DNA of 64,000 nucleotides from an uncultured Candidatus Saccharibacteria bacterium (GTDB lineage Bacteria > Patescibacteriota > Minisyncoccia > UBA6257 > 2-01-FULL-56-20). This document shows, one piece after another, positions 57,335 to 64,000 of the stretch (position 1 is its first letter; every line of letters begins with the position of its first letter). A model generated the notes under the pieces. The model was not told the DNA's origin, searched no databases, and worked only from the letters and a program-made list of their open reading frames with translations. The position numbers were made by a program, and so were the translations under genes. The stretch lies in the NCBI GenBank assembly GCA_964365185.1, contig CAYIOP010000001.1, positions 180,579 to 244,578 of the forward strand. Reading direction: 5' to 3'.

Positions 57335-57718
57335 TTATTTCAGATCAACTTTTCTTTTGCCGCTGCCAGCGGTTTTTCGAACATTACCGCGGACGGTTCG
57401 AGAATTAGTTTTGGTGCGTTGACCTCGAGCGGGCAACCTTTTTAAATGCCGCGTACCCCGATAAGCTTGAATATCTTTTAACCGCTGGATATTGCGTTTG
57501 ATAATTTGTTTTAATTCTCCTTCAACTGAATAATTTTTTTCGATAAGACTTTGAATCCGGTTAATTTCTTCGCTGGTTAAATCTTTGGTTCTTTTGGTTA
57601 AATCGATTTTGGCATCGGTTAAAATGCGACGACTGGCGGTTCGCCCAACGCCATAAATATAAGTCAAGGCCACTTCGACAACTTTATTATCAGGAATGTT
57701 GATACCTAAAATACGCAT
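57335..57718 (-). CDS. rpsM: 30S ribosomal protein S13
   Basis: LTYIYGVG, YRGTRH, RGQRTKTN. Confidence 0.98.
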   Translation of the reverse strand: MRILGINIPDNKVVEVALTYIYGVGRTASRRILTDAKIDLTKRTKDLTSEEINRIQSLIEKNYSVEGELKQIIKRNIQRLKDIQAYRGTRHLKRLPARGQRTKTNSRTVRGNVRKTAGSGKRKVDLK

Positions 57719-57742
57719 GAAAAAAATTTAAAAATAAAGCTC

Positions 57743-57856
57743 TTAGCCTTGTCTTTGTTTGTGCTTGGGATTGTTGCAAATAATGTAAATTCTCCTTTTC
57801 CTTCTTACGACCTTACAATTTTTACAGATTTTTTTAACTGATGTTCTTACTTTCAT
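57743..57856 (-). CDS. rpmJ: 50S ribosomal protein L36 (not in ORF track)
   Basis: [37 protein letters not shown]. Confidence 0.96.
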   Translation of the reverse strand: MKVRTSVKKICKNCKVVRRKRRIYIICNNPKHKQRQG

Positions 57857-57862
57857 ATTGGT

Positions 57863-58081
57863 TTAAAGCCGCCTTACAATCCGGCCACGACGCCCATCTG
57901 GCCCAACTTCAACTAAAACCTTATCTCCTGGAAGAACACGAATGTGGTGAATTTTAAGCCTACCCGAAAGATAGGCTAAAACTTCTTGATTATCATCAAG
58001 TAAGACCTTAAAAGCTAACGCTGGCAAGGCCTCTTTGACTAAACCCGTGCGGCGATTATCTCGAGAATCAGAAGGAGTCAT
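57863..58081 (-). CDS. infA: Translation initiation factor IF-1
   Basis: EALP, AYLSG, IRVLPGDKV, RGRI. Confidence 0.95.
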   Translation of the reverse strand: MTPSDSRDNRRTGLVKEALPALAFKVLLDDNQEVLAYLSGRLKIHHIRVLPGDKVLVEVGPDGRRGRIVRRL

Positions 58082-58149
58082 TGCTAATACTAAAACGGTT
58101 CAAGAATTATAAAGCAAGTGATTTATTTGTCAACCAATTTTTTCGCTAG

Positions 58150-59754
58150 TTAATTAACCTCTATTTTAATACGTTTAGAGCTGTTTGGCAATTTCTTAAA
58201 CAAAGACGGCCAAACCGATACTTTAGCATCCGAAAGCCCTGGAAGCTTCTTAATTATAGAATTAACTTCGTCAACATTATGTCCAATAATTTCTAATTTA
58301 AACTTTTCAATATCAAAATCTTGAGTGAGAGTGCCGTTAGAATTTAATTCAAAATTCAAAAGGCCTTTCTCAAAATTAACCGTTGAAACTTTATACTCCA
58401 GGCCTAAATTTTTAAAAATCGTATTGGGGTTATCTTTGTGGGCTAACTCAAGCAAAACGGATTTCAAGTCAGTTTCCCTGAAACCAACAGCTTCAAAAAG
58501 AGCCTCTCCAAAAACGCTGAAATTCCCCTTGTCGTCGGTCTGAGTATTAACCGAAGTACGCACAATTTTAACTTGGGAAGATTTTTCTAAGAGTTTAAAT
58601 TCGGGCGGCAAAACACTGCCCAAATCTTTATTGAATGATGATTTTAAAACCTCGCCTATTTTTTCTTTGGCTAATTTAATATCTTTGTCACTCGGAAAAG
58701 CTCTCTCGCCAATAAAGCCACCGCTAGCTTTAACTAAAGAACCGTAAAATTTTTCATATTTTGGAGAACCCTTAAAACCAGGAATGGAAAGATGTTCAAT
58801 TGGGCCAGAATTATAATTAACGCCGGCTTTGTCAGCAGTAACATCCGCTTCAATCGCGACGGCAATAATTTGGCCATCTTTAATTTCTGCCCCTGGGACA
58901 ATAATATTTTTGTCTAAACGATAAATTCTTCCGTCAGCGGTTAAAAACCGAGTGGTGGCGACAAGCGCCTGGGGATCGGAACTGTAAGTATTGTAAATTT
59001 TAATCTTGCCGGTGGCTTTTTCGGAAACAGATTTGCGACTAGAGGCGGGATAAAGTTCAGTAAGATTTTTTTCTTGAGTAAAGGTTTCAGCCGGAATTAA
59101 ATTTTTAGAAATGTCGGCTTCTTTAATATTGATGTTGGCTGAAAAATTTCCCTGATATTCAAAGGGAATGGCTTTAAAATTGATAGCAACCGTGGCTTTT
59201 TTAGAAATATTAAGAAATATAAAAATTCCCGCGATGATAACAATAGGAACGGCAATCCAAATAATTTTTTTAAAGGAAAAAGGCGGGCGCGTAGTTTTAG
59301 AGATTTGGTAAGGAGATATAACGTTTCTTAACGGTCTTTGAACTCCTTCATTTTCTTTAGTTTCTTCATCGTCGGATTCAGAGATCAATTCAACTTCTTC
59401 TTCTATTTCTTCTTCGACCTTAGGTTGGCTTTTGTTGCTGCCCTTTAAAACAATATCAGAGGTAGATGAGCTTTTTTTTCTGAAAAGCGGGTGGACAGCA
59501 TCAATGTGGCTGGATTTAGCCAAAGATAAAACCGCTTCATCAACGGACTCGATTATAATTTTTTTACCTGCGGCATCGGCTTCTCTTTTAATTAGACGAA
59601 AATCGCTTAAAGAGTCGCTTAAAATAGTTTCTCGGGGAATTACTAAAATAATTTCTGATTCTGGCTCCGAGATGATTTTTTCAACTACTTCGGCAACGCT
59701 ATCGTTTTTACTGATAAAAACTTTTTTCATATTTGGATCATTGTATTTTAACAT
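58150..59754 (-). CDS. Single-TM CPR hypothetical protein (baseplate J-like extracellular region)
   Basis: KATGKIKIYN, ATTRF, ADKAG..YN; central TM. Confidence 0.65.
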   Translation of the reverse strand: MLKYNDPNMKKVFISKNDSVAEVVEKIISEPESEIILVIPRETILSDSLSDFRLIKREADAAGKKIIIESVDEAVLSLAKSSHIDAVHPLFRKKSSSTSDIVLKGSNKSQPKVEEEIEEEVELISESDDEETKENEGVQRPLRNVISPYQISKTTRPPFSFKKIIWIAVPIVIIAGIFIFLNISKKATVAINFKAIPFEYQGNFSANINIKEADISKNLIPAETFTQEKNLTELYPASSRKSVSEKATGKIKIYNTYSSDPQALVATTRFLTADGRIYRLDKNIIVPGAEIKDGQIIAVAIEADVTADKAGVNYNSGPIEHLSIPGFKGSPKYEKFYGSLVKASGGFIGERAFPSDKDIKLAKEKIGEVLKSSFNKDLGSVLPPEFKLLEKSSQVKIVRTSVNTQTDDKGNFSVFGEALFEAVGFRETDLKSVLLELAHKDNPNTIFKNLGLEYKVSTVNFEKGLLNFELNSNGTLTQDFDIEKFKLEIIGHNVDEVNSIIKKLPGLSDAKVSVWPSLFKKLPNSSKRIKIEVN

Positions 59755-59770
59755 ACCCCGTAGGAAATAA

Positions 59771-60925
59771 CTATTTTTGAGAACCTAACCAGTGCAGCCG
59801 TCTTCTTAACCAATGATTTATTTCAATATCTTCCTTATTATAATAAAATTCGAAAAATGGGGCTAGGTGTTTTAAGGCCTCTTCATCTTTCCACGGCAAA
59901 TGGCTTCTGATTTTAAATCCTAATTTATTGACCAAATCCTTGAAGGGAAGGGGGTTAAAACTGACTTGGTTGCGCCGCCTAGGGAAAGATAAAGGCAGGG
60001 GCAAAAAAGTATCAATGTAGAGTCCACCTTTGATTTTGAATCGATCGAGCTGTTTTAAAAATTGGTTCAATTCGATTTTAAAAAGAGAGGTAAAATAACG
60101 GGACATTTTAGAGGAAACGGACCCGGCAAGATACAGTGAATATAATTTTCTCGCGACTTTAGGGCTCACGCCCAAACTGGATTCTATTTTTTCCAAGAAA
60201 ATGCCGGGGGACCAATTAATTTTCTTCCGAAAAATGACTTCCCCAATAACAACTTTCTCGAGTTTAAAAATATAGGAAGGAAAATAGGAATTTAGGACTA
60301 AAAGGTGAATGGGAAGAGATTTAGCTTTTTTTAGGGCGAAAAGCTCGGCTTTGGCTGATTCGGTAAAAAAGAAATTCTTGGTTTTGCCGATATTGAAAAA
60401 ATTCTTCCAGTGTTCAAAAATAATCCGGTTAGTTAGTGTAATTTCCAAAATAGCTTCTATTTTTTTGGCCTTAAAATCGACTGGATTTAAAACATGGTGG
60501 CCGTCAACTTTAAAATTAACGACGCGATTGTCTATTAGAATGGCGTCCAGCTCATCAATATTAAGTTCCAAGCTGGCTTCTTCGCGACACTTAGTAAAAA
60601 CCTTGGCAATGGTCTGAGCCAGTAAATTTTCAAGCTCAATGCCCGAAAGCGGAGATTTAACCAGATCGGCATCTCGCTCAAGCTTAATGGGTAAAATTTG
60701 AGTTAACGCTAAAGAGGAATCGGCGGCAACAATAACTTTCCATTTTTCAAGATGACGCCTAAAGCGTCGAGAAATTTGGAACCAATCAAAATCCGGCCAG
60801 ATTTTTTCGACGAAGAGATGTTTTTCAGAATCTAAGCTTAAAAGGAAACCAGTTGTTTTTTCCTTAAAAACTTCTAGAACCAAAAATTTTTCTTTTTTTC
60901 TCCAATGATAAAAATCAATCACCAA
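59771..60925 (-). CDS. Hypothetical protein, possibly a degenerate FtsA-like fold
   Basis: VDGHHVLNPVDF.AKKIE resembles the FtsA 1C segment (IDG..V.NP.G); no nucleotide-binding motifs seen. Confidence 0.45.
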   Translation of the reverse strand: MVIDFYHWRKKEKFLVLEVFKEKTTGFLLSLDSEKHLFVEKIWPDFDWFQISRRFRRHLEKWKVIVAADSSLALTQILPIKLERDADLVKSPLSGIELENLLAQTIAKVFTKCREEASLELNIDELDAILIDNRVVNFKVDGHHVLNPVDFKAKKIEAILEITLTNRIIFEHWKNFFNIGKTKNFFFTESAKAELFALKKAKSLPIHLLVLNSYFPSYIFKLEKVVIGEVIFRKKINWSPGIFLEKIESSLGVSPKVARKLYSLYLAGSVSSKMSRYFTSLFKIELNQFLKQLDRFKIKGGLYIDTFLPLPLSFPRRRNQVSFNPLPFKDLVNKLGFKIRSHLPWKDEEALKHLAPFFEFYYNKEDIEINHWLRRRLHWLGSQK

Positions 60926-60956
60926 TTATTATTCTAACACACTATGCTTAAAGTTA

Positions 60957-63188
60957 TTAGACAGATTCAAGCCGAAGAGAAACAATCTTAGAGGTTCCGT
61001 CCGCGTTTAAGGTAACGCCGTAGAGAATATTAGCCACCTCCATAGTGGCGCGATTATGGGTAATGATAATGAATTGGGTTTTTTTGGAGAAATCTTTAAG
61101 CATCGCGGAGAAGCGTCGAGCGTTTCTTTCATCTAGCGCGGCGTCAATTTCATCTAGAACTAAAAATGGAGGGGGGCTCACCGAAATCATCGAAAAAAGC
61201 GCGGCAATGCCAACTAAGCTTCTTTCTCCGCCGGATAAAATTTCCAACGAAGAAAGCCGTTTCTTGGGCAAGCTCAGGTCAATCTCGAGTCCTGGTTCTT
61301 CTTCTTCGGGTTCTATTTCAATTGAATTTTCGTTCGAATCATTTGATTCAATTTCTATTAATTCGGAGGACTCTGATTTTTGACGCTTCAAATTTGCCCT
61401 CGAAGAAGACGATTTTGAAGTTAATTTTAGCTTGGCGTGGCCACCACTGAACATCGACCGGAAAAAATTATTGAATTCCTTATTAATATCATGGAGGGCA
61501 ATGTTAAATTCGGTTTTAATTTTACTCGATAATTCACTGATTAAATCCTTTAGGTCTTCCTTGGCTTTTTCGGTATCAACTAGTTCGGTTTTAAGAAATT
61601 CGTATCGACTTTCTGTTTCTTGCGCCTCTTTAAGAATGGCATGGTCGATTTCGCCAATAACGGCTAAATCACCCCTTAATTTAAAAAGTCTCTGCTCCCA
61701 TTCCCGGAGTTCTGGGCTTTCCAGACCTTGTTTTAACTCTTTTAAAGTGCCAGAATTGATATTATCACCAAATTCCCTCGGATTGCGGCCAATTTGAATG
61801 ATTTGCCTTTTTAAATCCTCTAATCTAATTTCTAGCCGCTCTTTTTCAAAAGCAATTTTTTGATTTTTAAGATCCCACTCCTCGATTTTACTTTTGATAT
61901 TTTCTACAGAAAGCACAGCGGCTTTAAAGGATTCATAAAATTCGCCTTGGCTTTTTTCAAGAGTTTTTTCTTTATCTCTTAGATTTTCGATTTGGGTTTT
62001 AATTTCTTTTAAATCACTCTCAACTTTCGTAAATTGCGATTTTAAATTCGGCGAGAATGAGTTGCTGGACGATGAATCAGGAGCGGCAGAGTATGAATCA
62101 ATTTCTTTAATCAATTCCGAAACGATGACACGCGCATCATCCAGATTATTTTTTAAAATATTTTCAAGGCGAACTCTAATTTTTTTTATGAAGTTAAAGA
62201 GATTTGAGGCAGCCGGCAAAGACGGTTCCATTTTTCTTTCGGTCATCTCGAGCTGGGCTTCAAAACGGCTGATATCTTTCTCAAATTTGATTTGGGTTTG
62301 CAAAAGCTCGTCAATCTGAATTTTTATTTTTTTAAGCTCGGCTCTTTCTTTGGGCTCACCAGCTTCGATTTCTTTTTGGTTTCTTTCAAGTTCAATTTTT
62401 TTGGCTTCGAGAGTTTTATATTCCGTATGGTGAGCGCTGATTTCTTCGGCAACGGTTTTAATTTTGCTTTCAAGCCAGTTAGTTTGGGTGCCAAAGAAAA
62501 GATTCTCCACTTCTCTAAGTTCTGCCTCAAGAATCTCCCGTTTCTCCCAACGACCAGTTTGACGCCGCAGCGAACGCAGATGGGGCAAAATTTCTTCGAT
62601 TAAGGCCCTAACTTTTTCTAAATTAATTTGAGTGTTTTTTAACTGGTTTTCAGCTCGAGTTTTTTTAATTTGAAACTCCCTGAGCCCCAACATCTCCTCA
62701 ATCATCTCCCGCCTTTCTTTGGGCGTGGCCCGAATAAAAACATCACTATTACCTTGACTCACGATCGTTAAGCCCTTAGTGCCAAGTTTGGCTTTGGCAA
62801 AAAAATCAATTAAATCCTTGAGGCGAACCTCGGATTTATTGATAAAATATTGGCTGGTTCCATCTCTAGCGACTTGGCGCAAAATATTAATCTCGGCAGC
62901 GTCAATCGGGAAAAAATCGTTTTTATTTTCAAAGCTTAAGCTGGCTTGAGCTAAACTCATCTTGGGTTTCTCGGGAGTGCCGGCAAAAATAAGGTCTTCG
63001 GCCTTGCTGCCTCTTAAGTTTTTAGCTTCTCTTTCTCCGAGAAGCCAACGGATGGCATCCACAACATTAGATTTGCCAGATCCATTTGGGCCGACAATAG
63101 CAGTAATGCCTTCTGGAAAATCCAAGACCACTTTTTGGGCAAAGGATTTAAAACCGTTTAATTCTAGATTTTTTAGGAGGTGGGGCAT
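60957..63188 (-). CDS. smc: Short SMC-family ATPase (743 aa)
   Basis: GFKSF, GPNGSGKSN, Q-loop SQG, LSGGE, LDEIDAALD, ITHN. Confidence 0.88.
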   Translation of the reverse strand: MPHLLKNLELNGFKSFAQKVVLDFPEGITAIVGPNGSGKSNVVDAIRWLLGEREAKNLRGSKAEDLIFAGTPEKPKMSLAQASLSFENKNDFFPIDAAEINILRQVARDGTSQYFINKSEVRLKDLIDFFAKAKLGTKGLTIVSQGNSDVFIRATPKERREMIEEMLGLREFQIKKTRAENQLKNTQINLEKVRALIEEILPHLRSLRRQTGRWEKREILEAELREVENLFFGTQTNWLESKIKTVAEEISAHHTEYKTLEAKKIELERNQKEIEAGEPKERAELKKIKIQIDELLQTQIKFEKDISRFEAQLEMTERKMEPSLPAASNLFNFIKKIRVRLENILKNNLDDARVIVSELIKEIDSYSAAPDSSSSNSFSPNLKSQFTKVESDLKEIKTQIENLRDKEKTLEKSQGEFYESFKAAVLSVENIKSKIEEWDLKNQKIAFEKERLEIRLEDLKRQIIQIGRNPREFGDNINSGTLKELKQGLESPELREWEQRLFKLRGDLAVIGEIDHAILKEAQETESRYEFLKTELVDTEKAKEDLKDLISELSSKIKTEFNIALHDINKEFNNFFRSMFSGGHAKLKLTSKSSSSRANLKRQKSESSELIEIESNDSNENSIEIEPEEEEPGLEIDLSLPKKRLSSLEILSGGERSLVGIAALFSMISVSPPPFLVLDEIDAALDERNARRFSAMLKDFSKKTQFIIITHNRATMEVANILYGVTLNADGTSKIVSLRLESV

Positions 63189-63198
63189 TGAAGGGGGC

Positions 63199-63245
63199 AG
63201 GTTATAGGTTATAGGTTATAGGTTATAGGTTATAGGTTATAGGTT
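63199..63245. repeat. Perfect heptamer tandem repeat (AGGTTAT)6 + AGGTT
   Basis: Directly visible between rnc and smc. Confidence 0.95.
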
Positions 63246-63944
63246 TCATGATTTAGGGCGGGGCTTCATTTGTTTTAAGGCTTTTTTGGCGGCTTCAACT
63301 TCGGCCTCCTGCTTTGAATGGCCTAAACCATCGGCGATTAAATCATTCCCAAAATAAACCCCGACTCGAAAGGTTTTTTGGTGCGCGGGGCCATCTTCTT
63401 CCAAGACCTGATAAGTGGGCGTGAGTTTTAATTTTTCTTGAATAATTTCCTGAAGCGTGCTTTTAGAGTCCTTATAGCTTTTAGTTTTAATAATCACGTC
63501 GAGGCCATGAAGAATAAATTTATCAATAAAAGACGCCACGGGATTTAATCCTTGGTCAAGATAAATGGCGCCGATTAAGGCCTCAATGGCGTTGGCTAAA
63601 ATCACCTCTCGGGCCTTGCCTTCATCTTTGGCTTCGCCTTTAGAAAGATAAATAAATTTCTCGAGTTTTAATTCAAGCGCCACTTGAGCCATGTTTTGAT
63701 AGTTAACCAAAGCGGCCCGAAGCACGGTGAGCTGGCCTTCGGGATAACTCGGAAATTTTTTATAAAGCGCTTCGGTTGTAACCAGTTCCAAAACAGCATC
63801 GCCTAAATATTCCAACCTTTCGTTATGAGGAAAAGGCCACTTAGGTTTTTCGTTCAAGTAAGAACGGTGAGTGAGGGCTTCATTTAAAATAGCTTGGTCT
63901 TTAAAATGGAAACCAATTTTAGTTTCAAGTTCTTTTAGGTTCAT
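63246..63944 (-). CDS. rnc: Ribonuclease III
   Basis: HNERLEYLGDAVL and dsRBD KSTLQE...AEVEAA. Confidence 0.98.
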   Translation of the reverse strand: MNLKELETKIGFHFKDQAILNEALTHRSYLNEKPKWPFPHNERLEYLGDAVLELVTTEALYKKFPSYPEGQLTVLRAALVNYQNMAQVALELKLEKFIYLSKGEAKDEGKAREVILANAIEALIGAIYLDQGLNPVASFIDKFILHGLDVIIKTKSYKDSKSTLQEIIQEKLKLTPTYQVLEEDGPAHQKTFRVGVYFGNDLIADGLGHSKQEAEVEAAKKALKQMKPRPKS

Positions 63945-64000
63945 GAGGATAAAAAACGTAAATAACTATTTTTTAGTTTGGCTACTACTCTTCTCTTGGA

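Noticed and set aside
58150-59754. Prophage suggested by baseplate-J-like and fibre-like proteins
   Set aside because: No integrase, terminase, capsid or lysis genes; these proteins have TM or signal peptides and sit among core genes
63199-63245. (AGGTTAT)n and other arrays as CRISPR or telomere-like repeats
   Set aside because: No unique spacers, no cas genes, internal location; kept as heptamer arrays

Overview
Core-genome window from a Patescibacteria (CPR, Parcubacteria-like) bacterium using genetic code 11. Evidence for CPR: no rpmD between rpsE and rplO, a tRNA-Arg(UCG), and CPR-type surface and pilin-like proteins. The window holds rplJ-rplL with an L10 leader, purN/purL/purB and pgpA, dnaE, lysS, greA, the str-S10-spc cluster, a separate alpha operon joined to rplM-rpsI, recG, tsaD, valS, a short smc, rnc and 7 tRNAs. 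The most unusual layer is in the small-scale sequence. (1) Degenerate 7-bp tandem arrays, often in inverted pairs, sit in many spacers and in frame inside tsaD, valS and recG. (2) An exactly 30-bp double-hairpin element occurs five times, once as a clean 10-codon insert in ValRS. (3) Several structured RNA candidates have their own promoters: two before valS, one after dedA, and an attenuator-like leader before rplC. (4) An unlisted 54-aa Cys-motif gene lies between fusA and tuf. (5) A recoded duplicate of the rpmG 3' end follows rpmG. (6) An HTH/LAGLIDADG-like ORF stops inside tRNA-Lys. All calls are by eye; no searches or folding programs were run.
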